Virus record (IMG/VR): IMGVR_UViG_3300032053_000048
Coordinates: 8,898-72,897 of that record
Source of the DNA: a virus
Length of the DNA stretch: 64,000 nucleotides
Reading direction: 5' to 3' (one strand)
In this document: in pieces, positions 55,423 to 62,756 of the stretch
How positions within the stretch are numbered: position 1 is the stretch's first letter
How the letters are laid out: each line of letters begins with the position of its first letter
The notes under the pieces: generated by a model
Database searches by the model: none
What the model was told of the DNA's origin: nothing
What the model saw: the letters and a program-made list of their open reading frames with translations, nothing else
Position numbers and translations under genes: made by a program

Positions 55423-55881
55423 TTAATCTTTATTTGGTTCTAAAATATGTGCCATGTAGATGAACAGTTGATTGGGTTCATCTCCCTTTGTTACTTTCAG
55501 GACGAAGAACCACTGAGGCAGGTGGCTATGATATTCGAGCATTGCAATCAGGTCCCCGGGCCTGATCTCTCCGATGTAGAATACCACTGCATGAAATACG
55601 AGATGGTTGAATGTCTCGAATATTCCGCAACTATGGCCATGTCCCTGCCAGTCCCGGAAGTCCACCAGCTTCTGATCGCTGTCGTCTATATACTCAACGA
55701 CCTCCATGAGCTCGCCGGGTGTGCAGTCAAGTACGAACTTGTTCCAGTTGCGCTTCCATAGCGGTTCCCTGTTCTTATGCCAGTAGAATAGCCATACTCC
55801 TGCTACCAGAAGTACGGCCATTGCTGATAATACTATATATCCGTTCATACTAATAGGTATCTCCGGTTTCGGTGTTCTCAA
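55423..55881 (-). CDS. Hypothetical membrane-anchored protein
   Basis: N-terminal TM YIVLSAMAVLLVAGVWLFYW. Confidence 0.55.
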   Translation of the reverse strand: MRTPKPEIPISMNGYIVLSAMAVLLVAGVWLFYWHKNREPLWKRNWNKFVLDCTPGELMEVVEYIDDSDQKLVDFRDWQGHGHSCGIFETFNHLVFHAVVFYIGEIRPGDLIAMLEYHSHLPQWFFVLKVTKGDEPNQLFIYMAHILEPNKD

Positions 55882-56038
55882 CTACCGAGAAATCCCTTCT
55901 CAGGTTATTCCCGATATTGCGCTTCTTGACCCGCTTTGCTGCCTTGCCCCAAGCCTGACGTGCATTACGGGCCTTAACTGTTACGGTCAGTTCACCCTGA
56001 AAGTAAACCTCGACTCTGAATTCCTTATTCTTTGTCAT
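55850..56038 (-). CDS. Small hypothetical protein
   Basis: V.V.A.NA..A pattern; coupled to neighbours. Confidence 0.5.
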   Translation of the reverse strand: MTKNKEFRVEVYFQGELTVTVKARNARQAWGKAAKRVKKRNIGNNLRRDFSVVENTETGDTY

Positions 56039-56358
56039 ACTCCCTCCTTTCCTTCTTCAAGGTCCTGTAGTTCCTGTTTGAGATCGTACTCATAGTTATC
56101 AAGGTGGTGCCTCATCCTTGAGATATACCTGAGTGTTTCGCTGTGCAGCTGTTCAAGTAATTCATCGGGAAGACTACACCCCGAAACTATCAATCTGTCG
56201 CCTCCGGTGCTCATGTTAGGACGTGCCGTTAATAGTCTCGATCTTTTGCTACTACTGAATTCGATCTCATTCGTTTCGATCAGTACTGCCTTAGCATACT
56301 GAGCATGATCAATCTTCTTTAAGATTTCTGCTCCTTTAATGATTGTTTCCTGTTTCAT
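56035..56358 (-). CDS. Hypothetical protein
   Basis: ATG 56358 preceded by GACGGACAA. Confidence 0.55.
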   Translation of the reverse strand: MKQETIIKGAEILKKIDHAQYAKAVLIETNEIEFSSSKRSRLLTARPNMSTGGDRLIVSGCSLPDELLEQLHSETLRYISRMRHHLDNYEYDLKQELQDLEEGKEGV

Positions 56359-56369
56359 TTGTCCGTCTT

Positions 56370-57140
56370 TTAGTTAATACTATTTTTACCTATATAATGT
56401 TCATTAGCTATTGCGAAGGCCTCAGCGAATCCCCTTGGTGTGTATGATCTCAGCTCCTTGGTTCTCTCGCTGGCTCCTCCGTATATCTGTACCGGGCTGC
56501 CCTGCCTGCATACACGAACCGGCTCAATGGGTTTTGTTGGCAGGTTGTGACAAAAGTCACCCCACAGGCCGGTCTTCTTCGTGTATGCTTCGCATCTGAC
56601 CACAAAATCTATTTCCTCCCTGTTGATATCCCGTCCATCTTTGCGCCGGATACGATCTAACTCATTGTGGTCGTGATCAGTTAGATTGAGATATCCTGCA
56701 TAGTCGCAGGGGTTAAAGTACATCGGCGGGTCCAGCCAAGGGAATAGTTTCTGAATCCTTCCCACAGGGTTCTCCAGCGCCCAAAACCAGCTCAGGCCTG
56801 CCTGTTCTGCCTCCTCGTACCAGTCCAGATCGGTAGGAGTAAACAGATCAACAATCCTGAGTACCTGACTGATCAGTTCCATGCCTTCAGCTGTTCTGCC
56901 GTCCTTATCCTTGGCGGGCCAGTACTGTGCGCCTGATACGGCCATGTGTGTGCATGGAGGGGCAGCCAGTATGCCATCGACTGAATCGAACTGTTCCAGT
57001 GTGGCCTCACAGTCTGTCAGGAGGTTAATATCCATACCCTTGTCGTGCTTCACGTCCCAGGGCCAAACGTCCCAGCCCCGGTCTGCGAATGGCTGGCCCC
57101 ATATTGTGCTGTAGTCAAAGAATGATATCAGTCTGTTCAT
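56370..57140 (-). CDS. C5-cytosine DNA methyltransferase-like protein
   Basis: ILAAPPCT (motif IV PC), LENPVG (motif VI), YTKKTGLWG and RSYTPRGFA; ATG 57140 preferred. Confidence 0.75.
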   Translation of the reverse strand: MNRLISFFDYSTIWGQPFADRGWDVWPWDVKHDKGMDINLLTDCEATLEQFDSVDGILAAPPCTHMAVSGAQYWPAKDKDGRTAEGMELISQVLRIVDLFTPTDLDWYEEAEQAGLSWFWALENPVGRIQKLFPWLDPPMYFNPCDYAGYLNLTDHDHNELDRIRRKDGRDINREEIDFVVRCEAYTKKTGLWGDFCHNLPTKPIEPVRVCRQGSPVQIYGGASERTKELRSYTPRGFAEAFAIANEHYIGKNSIN

Positions 57141-58027
57141 AGTTTTTCTGTTTTTGGCAATATCCCCTTCAGCCATTCAATGTGTGCCTGCTCCATCCTG
57201 AGGACCTCATCATAGGTATCTGTGTTGATGTTCTCCAATATGATGTTCTCCAGTATTCTATGCAGTGCTTCCGGGGGTAGTGCGTCCACCTCCCACGATG
57301 TTGGGCCATGTTTGGCTATATATTCCTTGGCCCTCGGGTCTGTGATCTTGGCCGGGTTAGGTGGAGGGTCGAACTGTTCTATCTGGTCCCACGTCAGGGC
57401 TATTGGTATGATCTCAAAGTCATAGACTCCCCTGAACTCGTTTATCCGCTCTGATATATCCCTGATCATGTCCTGTCCGCTTGGGTCGAAGTCACCAATG
57501 TAGATAACCTTACAGGTCTGGTTGTCGGTGGTTGCCAGATGCCTGACGAACCTGCGGTGTGCATCGTGCATGGCCGTTGCGCTGCTATACCCACGATTAA
57601 CCACGATATTGATTCCGTACTTCTCAGTCACCCTCTTTAATACTCCTGATAATGCGTCCTTCTCGACCCATACCTCTATATATAATGGCTGGCCTTTCAT
57701 CCGGTCGCATCTGTACTGGCTTATGCAAGCATCAATGATCTCGGCTGGTGATTCCCAGCTGGCCGGCTTATCTGGTTGCCTGAGGCGGTCCTCAATAGCT
57801 TCCCAATCTACTATGCCGGCCATCCGGCCCTCCTTGAGGAGGGTGGACAGCTTGGCATACTCTTTCACGTTGTTGGGTATCACGTCCCGGCTAACGAGCT
57901 GGTAATAGAGCTGGCGCAGGGTTAGCTTATAACCCTGTGCCTGGTAGTTCATCACGATCTGGTTGATCACGTCCAGCCTGATCTTATTGGCTGGTGATAG
58001 GCGGATTTCTCTGTACTGAATTTTCAT
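57137..58027 (-). CDS. Topoisomerase VI-A/Spo11-like (winged-helix + Toprim) protein
   Basis: LTLRQLYYQL, VWVEKDAL, RGYSS, GDFDPSG and WEVDAL motifs; ATG 58027 preferred. Confidence 0.78.
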   Translation of the reverse strand: MKIQYREIRLSPANKIRLDVINQIVMNYQAQGYKLTLRQLYYQLVSRDVIPNNVKEYAKLSTLLKEGRMAGIVDWEAIEDRLRQPDKPASWESPAEIIDACISQYRCDRMKGQPLYIEVWVEKDALSGVLKRVTEKYGINIVVNRGYSSATAMHDAHRRFVRHLATTDNQTCKVIYIGDFDPSGQDMIRDISERINEFRGVYDFEIIPIALTWDQIEQFDPPPNPAKITDPRAKEYIAKHGPTSWEVDALPPEALHRILENIILENINTDTYDEVLRMEQAHIEWLKGILPKTEKL

Positions 58028-58509
58028 ATTTTCCTTTCTTTGATTGCGTCTGTATCTGAGGCGTACATTGCTGTATTGTAGTACAGCAGATCGCCACCGC
58101 ATACTGAGGTTATGCCGACCATCAGGGGATTAAGGCCCAGACAGGCAAAGAATAGCTTGTCGTCATTTGTAAGCCTGCTATGTGCCCGGCCTGTTTCCTG
58201 CCAGCTCTTAACCATGCGGTTGATGCGTACCATCTCGGTCTCTTTGTCTGGTTCTTGGGAGTAACAGGGGAATATCTGTTCGCCATAGGCCCAATGACCA
58301 TTTGACAGGTTAACCACGCAGAACTCTTTTTGAGACCACAGGGCAGACTCTGTTTCCTCACCATACTTAGACCTCTTTTGGGTGCTGATCTCAATTCCTG
58401 AGATCACAGCACGCACCGGAGGGGCCTGATTGAAGTTTCCTCTCCAGAGGACAGTATCGCCTATGGCGAAACTGTCCTTTACTCTTACCTCGTTAATGAT
58501 CTGTGCCAT
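58024..58509 (-). CDS. Hypothetical early protein
   Basis: Start preceded by ATCTGAC. Confidence 0.6.
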   Translation of the reverse strand: MAQIINEVRVKDSFAIGDTVLWRGNFNQAPPVRAVISGIEISTQKRSKYGEETESALWSQKEFCVVNLSNGHWAYGEQIFPCYSQEPDKETEMVRINRMVKSWQETGRAHSRLTNDDKLFFACLGLNPLMVGITSVCGGDLLYYNTAMYASDTDAIKERKI

Positions 58510-58510
58510 G

Positions 58511-58876
58511 TCAGATTGAGTTAAGTGTTCGTATTATATTGCGCTGGTGGACCAGCAGGCCGATCATCATGCCCTGCCAGATGATATTGTCCTCACCCTT
58601 GAGCTGGTGACGCATAACCTCGATCTTCTCCCTCAGTGCATCGGCGATTGTACATTTCTGTTCGTAGCTAAGGGCTGAGGTCTTGATCTTGATGAGTGTC
58701 CAGTCCCACACCCCGAAGTTCTTGGCATATCTTACCTCGATGTCTTCGGGTTGGTTGCGGGAGAGCATGAGCATCTCATCATGTTCTTCTCTGCTCCAGT
58801 TGGGAGCGTCACAGGTGGATATACGGGCTGAGCCATTCTTCCTTGCCTGTTCGATTGTCTTTTGTACTGTATTCAT
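58511..58876 (-). CDS. Hypothetical early protein
   Basis: Start preceded by ACATCTGACAA. Confidence 0.6.
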   Translation of the reverse strand: MNTVQKTIEQARKNGSARISTCDAPNWSREEHDEMLMLSRNQPEDIEVRYAKNFGVWDWTLIKIKTSALSYEQKCTIADALREKIEVMRHQLKGEDNIIWQGMMIGLLVHQRNIIRTLNSI

Positions 58877-58907
58877 TTGTCAGATGTTTGGTTACTGCCT
58901 TATGGCA

Positions 58908-58954
58908 TTGCACCGGGGAGGGGAGTCGGACCCCTCACCTTTTGCCTCTCCGGT
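58908..58954 (-). ncRNA. Armless tRNA-like structure (acceptor stem + T arm) in an intergenic region
   Basis: ACCGGAG...AGGGG-TCCGACT-CCCCT-CCCCGGT-GCAA: 7-bp acceptor-like stem with one mismatch stacked on a 5-bp/7-nt T-arm. Confidence 0.4.
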
Positions 58955-59448
58955 TATCTCAATAGGTTAGTTGCAACGAATCTGAGCTCATCACTATCGA
59001 GTTTCATTCCGGCCTTGAGTTTGGAAAGTATAATCATAGCCGGGCTGAACCAGTCGGACAGGATTATATAGTTATCATCATCCCGGCAATCTTCCTGAGT
59101 TAGGGGACAGGTCACGAGTTTATCAAGTATATCCTGAAGCATACTGGTCTGTTTCTCAAGGTCGCTGCTCAGGGCCTCGATGGTGTTATCCTTGGCCCGG
59201 CATAGTCTTTCCAGATTATCAATCTTCTTGGCCTGTTCATCAACCTGTATCCTCCGGTCGTCCGGCCATACGTTCAGGAAGATCGGGAAGTCATTGTCGA
59301 TGTTGTAGTACATCTGATTGAAGTCAGCTCCGGTGAACTGTTCGGCGAAGTATCCGTCAATCGAAAGGAGATCGCCGAGGAGTTGTTTCTCCCCGGCTTT
59401 TCCTTGTGGTGTGAGTCTTACTTTCTTACTGGTTGCCATGATTACCAT
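58954..59448 (-). CDS. Hypothetical early protein (coiled coil)
   Basis: 164-aa ORF. Confidence 0.6.
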   Translation of the reverse strand: MVIMATSKKVRLTPQGKAGEKQLLGDLLSIDGYFAEQFTGADFNQMYYNIDNDFPIFLNVWPDDRRIQVDEQAKKIDNLERLCRAKDNTIEALSSDLEKQTSMLQDILDKLVTCPLTQEDCRDDDNYIILSDWFSPAMIILSKLKAGMKLDSDELRFVATNLLR

Positions 59449-59833
59449 TTATTAATGTCTCATCAACATCAGGGTTATCCACAATCTTGAAATAGGCCTC
59501 CTCTTTCTCGCTCTCAGTCATTGGGAATTCCCGGCCCCATTTTGAACGGCCGTCTTCATGTCTGTGGTGTTTCATCATGTACTCGAGCATGACTGTCTGG
59601 TTGTGGTGTGTCATATCCTGCAACCATTTTACGAGGACCTCAGGGGAGTTACATTCGATCATGTGTTTCCGGGCGTTACGTTTGCGCAGGCCGTCCAGCT
59701 TATCGCTAAAATGCTGTGAGAGGTTTGCGCCATGTGGTTGTTCTTCCTTATATCTACCTTGTTCAAAGTAGAAAAGAAAGTGCTGGTATGCGTCAAACAT
59801 ACGCAGCTGGTCAGATGTTGGTTTGTTGTTCAT
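59426..59833 (-). CDS. Hypothetical early protein
   Basis: Start preceded by ACATCTGACA; a second copy lies a few codons into the gene. Confidence 0.6.
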   Translation of the reverse strand: MNNKPTSDQLRMFDAYQHFLFYFEQGRYKEEQPHGANLSQHFSDKLDGLRKRNARKHMIECNSPEVLVKWLQDMTHHNQTVMLEYMMKHHRHEDGRSKWGREFPMTESEKEEAYFKIVDNPDVDETLINGNHGNQ

Positions 59834-59993
59834 TGTCAGATGTTTTAGTTCGTAATTTGATCATATCTTCAACTGTCTGTTTGAGGCAGTTGATCTGCAC
59901 CCATAACTGAGTTATGCGGTGGTGGGTGAAATCAGAGCCCTCGATCATTTTCGAGGTCTCTGATAACATTTTGGTTAAGTCGTCCTTCTTCAT
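59811..59993 (-). CDS. Small hypothetical protein
   Basis: ATG 59993 (MKKDDL...) just after the radC stop. Confidence 0.45.
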   Translation of the reverse strand: MKKDDLTKMLSETSKMIEGSDFTHHRITQLWVQINCLKQTVEDMIKLRTKTSDNEQQTNI

Positions 59994-60000
59994 ACCTTTA

Positions 60001-60636
60001 TTATAACAGGCCGTTATCGGCGAATGAATAGTAGTCTTTGTCACTGATCACGATATGGTCCAGCAGTTGAATATCCATGATATTGCCAGCCTCTTTAAGC
60101 TTCTGAGTTACCCTTGTATCACTCTCAGATGGATTGATATTTCCTGACGGGTGATTGTGACAGGCGATGATCGCTGAGGCCTTGAGTAAGATCGCCTCCT
60201 TCAAGATCATCCGGATATCAGTGACAGTGCCGTTAATACCGCCCTGTGACATTCGCTTACGGGCCAGAACCTTATTAGACCTGCTCATGTAAGCAATCCA
60301 GAACTCCTCATGCGCAAGATCAGCAACAATGGGCTGAAAGAGGTTGAAGATATCTTTGGAGCACATTATCTTCGGTTGTTCCTCAGCATCTTGCAGTTGT
60401 TTGCGCCTCCCGATCTCAAGAATAGCAATCAGTGATTTGGCTTCCCGCTTAGTCAGGCCAGCAGCAACCAATTCGGTCATTGTAAGCTTGGCGATGCTCC
60501 GCAGATTGTCATTAAACTGAGCGAGCAGGGCCCGGACCTTCTCAGGCTTTGAGCCCATCGCAACACTCAGCGTCTCAGAATCAGAGAGTGACAACACTCC
60601 TGAATTCTCCATCCTGTAAGTGATTTCGCTGTTCAT
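60001..60636 (-). CDS. radC: RadC/JAB-domain protein
   Basis: LSDSETL, EIGRR, HEEFW, GGINGT, HNHPSG..PS.SD and LLDHIVI motifs. Confidence 0.92.
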   Translation of the reverse strand: MNSEITYRMENSGVLSLSDSETLSVAMGSKPEKVRALLAQFNDNLRSIAKLTMTELVAAGLTKREAKSLIAILEIGRRKQLQDAEEQPKIMCSKDIFNLFQPIVADLAHEEFWIAYMSRSNKVLARKRMSQGGINGTVTDIRMILKEAILLKASAIIACHNHPSGNINPSESDTRVTQKLKEAGNIMDIQLLDHIVISDKDYYSFADNGLL

Positions 60637-60857
60637 GACATTGAGTAATAAAGTTCATACTCCACCATGATCTCAGACTCCTGCTCCAGCGGACACGTCC
60701 ACGATGCAGTCCTGAATCCCGGATGAAACAACTGGAACAACTGATCATAGCGCTTGTTCCTCGGGTCGTTGTCATCAACCAATACAAAGGATGAACCTTC
60801 AAACAGTTCGTCCTTCAGTGCTTTGTACTCCTCGTACAGTCTCTTTAAATTTGTCAT
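60633..60857 (-). CDS. Hypothetical early protein
   Basis: Start preceded by ACACATCTGACAA. Confidence 0.6.
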   Translation of the reverse strand: MTNLKRLYEEYKALKDELFEGSSFVLVDDNDPRNKRYDQLFQLFHPGFRTASWTCPLEQESEIMVEYELYYSMS

Positions 60858-61102
60858 TTGTCAGATGTGTTTAGTTTAATGTGCTTGTCTATGATATTAC
60901 AGAACTCAATGTACCAAGTCCAACTGAATATCGGATTGTAATAGGCTTCAGAGTTCTCAAGTACTCCCTTTCTCGTTAGTTCAGCGATCTTGTTTAATCT
61001 CTCAATGAAGATCATCTGATAAAACGGGTGTGCTGCAAGTATCTCCTTGATCAGGTTCTTGATCACCACGTCATTTGTCAGTTCTTTTACTTTCTTTGTC
61101 AT
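60854..61102 (-). CDS. Hypothetical early protein
   Basis: Start preceded by ACTAACACATCTGACAA. Confidence 0.6.
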   Translation of the reverse strand: MTKKVKELTNDVVIKNLIKEILAAHPFYQMIFIERLNKIAELTRKGVLENSEAYYNPIFSWTWYIEFCNIIDKHIKLNTSDK

Positions 61103-61122
61103 TTGTCAGATGTGTTAGTTAA

Positions 61123-61521
61123 TTACTTCGATACTACATTGATCAAAACAACCGTCCGGCCATTCTTTAACTCAATGGTCTCCCGGTCCGTCTCAATCCA
61201 ATCATGCTGGTCTAAATACTCTTTTACCTGCCATGCAGTTGTAAAGGTCCGACCATTGACCTTGTACATTGTTCCAAAATACTTTTTGCTCATGTCGTCA
61301 GATGTTTGGTGAATACTATCAATTAACTGTGATCTTGTTTTAGATGCCTCAGCAAATGTTCTCGCCTGTATGAAAACCCCTACCCCATCAGGCATTAGAA
61401 AGTAATAAAGACACTGCCCCGGCTTCAATCCCTGACCATACAACGCAGTAATCAGAAACCGCTCAGGCTTGAGTAATCTCTGAAGCTTTCCGTATCTGTC
61501 TGATTTTGTGGCTTTTACCAT
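61123..61521 (-). CDS. Hypothetical early protein; probable second in-frame start at 61293 (MSKKYFG...)
   Basis: First ORF after the early promoter; internal ATG 61293 is preceded by ACATCTGACGAC. Confidence 0.5.
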   Translation of the reverse strand: MVKATKSDRYGKLQRLLKPERFLITALYGQGLKPGQCLYYFLMPDGVGVFIQARTFAEASKTRSQLIDSIHQTSDDMSKKYFGTMYKVNGRTFTTAWQVKEYLDQHDWIETDRETIELKNGRTVVLINVVSK

Positions 61522-61553
61522 TGGGTTCGCTTTTCAGTCCGTCTTTCTGAGTA

Positions 61554-61585
61554 CAATATTATATAATGTCTGACACATTTCCAAA
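61554..61585 (-). promoter_or_regulatory. Early promoter TTTG-N20-TAATATTG with palindrome AATGT-N5-ACATT in the spacer
   Basis: Matches the Bacteroidota -33/-7 consensus with one mismatch and canonical spacing. Confidence 0.6.
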
Positions 61586-61608
61586 CATATTTGTAATTAT
61601 TTTTCATT

Positions 61609-61792
61609 TGGCAGTGAGCTGGCAGTTCTAAAACCCTCATTGCATGAAGCTGACCTCATATTTACTGACAGCTGTCAGTACTATCTGAAAAAAGAGCCCT
61701 TTTTCCGCTGTCAGTCCTTGGCAGTGCTGGCAGTGACGCAGCGCAAACAGTGATTAGGTGTGCTATTGTGATACTGCCACATTCCTGGCAGT
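61609..61792. repeat. Six TGGCAGT heptamers (one inverted) plus perfect 18-bp palindrome TACTGACAGCTGTCAGTA (61663-61680)
   Basis: Copies at 61609, 61620, 61719, 61728 and 61786; inverted copy at 61773. Confidence 0.7.
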
Positions 61793-61872
61793 GCTTATTC
61801 AGGTCTGGCGATCTTTCCGGCCCGGGTTCCGGTGGCACCTCACCCCTGTTGGCCTGCTCGTTTTGTCTGTTG

Positions 61873-61995
61873 TTAGCGTGCTAAGACGTGGTCATCCGGC
61901 CCGATCTTAGCGGGCTAAGATATCCGGGCCTAAAACAGTGTTAGCGTGCTAAGATATGCCTGTTAGCGTGCTAAGATCAGTGTTAGCGGGCTAAG
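61873..61995. repeat. Five iteron-like repeats TTAGCG(T/G)GCTAAG
   Basis: Copies at 61873, 61907, 61941, 61963 and 61983, partial at 62037; followed by an AT-rich tract at ~62057-62120. Confidence 0.85.
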
Positions 61996-62175
61996 AATCG
62001 AAAAAATGGGTACTGAGTATCAGTGTGTTACAAATGTTAGCGAGTGTTTAGTCCACATATATATATATAAGAATAATATTCTTTTCTTCTTCTTTCTTTA
62101 TTGTGACTTTCTTTCTTATTGATTTGTGATCTCAAAATTTTGTAACTTGGCCCTGTTAATTAACACCACATAGCT

Positions 62176-62412
62176 ATGGCAACAAAAGGAAGACCACGTA
62201 AGGAGCCGGCAACTGATCCGACTGACACAGCACAGGAGCAGTATAATCCGGCCAATGACCTTGAACTGATCAAGACTAAACTCAGGAAGAAGTACTTTGA
62301 ACTCAGGAATGACGGCCTGCAATACGATAACCGGGACGATCTCCTGAATTATGTATGCAGAATCCTTGGAATGGGCCGTCAGAAACTTGAATGGACGCTG
62401 GAGGACCTGTAA
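62176..62412 (+). CDS. Small DNA-binding protein (AT-hook-like KGRPRK plus HTH-like C-terminus)
   Basis: 78 aa; divergent from the early operon and adjacent to the repeat region. Confidence 0.5.
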   Translation: MATKGRPRKEPATDPTDTAQEQYNPANDLELIKTKLRKKYFELRNDGLQYDNRDDLLNYVCRILGMGRQKLEWTLEDL

Positions 62413-62420
62413 ACCAGTCC

Positions 62421-62603
62421 TCACTTACCTTTTTTAGCATGAGCTTTCAGGTGATCACCTGCGAACTCATGCTTCTTTTTGTGCTCTGGTAGGTCCTTGC
62501 CTTTGCTTGCATTGTTCCACTCATCAACATTAACTCCTTGTGCCTCAAGCTGTTTGCGGTGGGCATTGAAGTATTTGCGCTGTGCATCGGATTTGTATGG
62601 CAT
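62421..62603 (-). CDS. Small basic phage protein (MPYKSDAQRK...)
   Basis: 60-aa ORF with an MP(F/Y)KS.AQR N-terminus often seen in phages. Confidence 0.55.
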   Translation of the reverse strand: MPYKSDAQRKYFNAHRKQLEAQGVNVDEWNNASKGKDLPEHKKKHEFAGDHLKAHAKKGK

Positions 62604-62756
62604 GACAAAACGGATTAGTTAGGAATTCTTTTTCAGACCCCCCCCCCGTACGGCACCCGGCAAGGCATGAGGCGGGTCCGGTACCGTTCCTCGGGCCTGG
62701 TGCTCTTAAATTTAGGGGGGTGTTAATAATATGTTTTTCTTTTAGGGGCCCCATGA

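Noticed and set aside
58908-58954. Bona fide tRNA gene
   Set aside because: No D arm or anticodon arm, only ~47 nt, and it ends in CAA; kept only as a tRNA-like element.
61873-61995. Possible CRISPR mini-array
   Set aside because: Repeats are only 13 bp with 7-21 bp gaps, and no cas genes are present; iterons or operators fit better.
41114-62175. Integrase or att site indicating prophage boundaries
   Set aside because: No recombinase gene or host genes are visible in the window, so lifestyle cannot be determined here.
62545-62754. 69-aa minus-strand ORF across the C10 run
   Set aside because: Its composition reflects homopolymer runs, and it overlaps the better-supported 62421..62603 gene.
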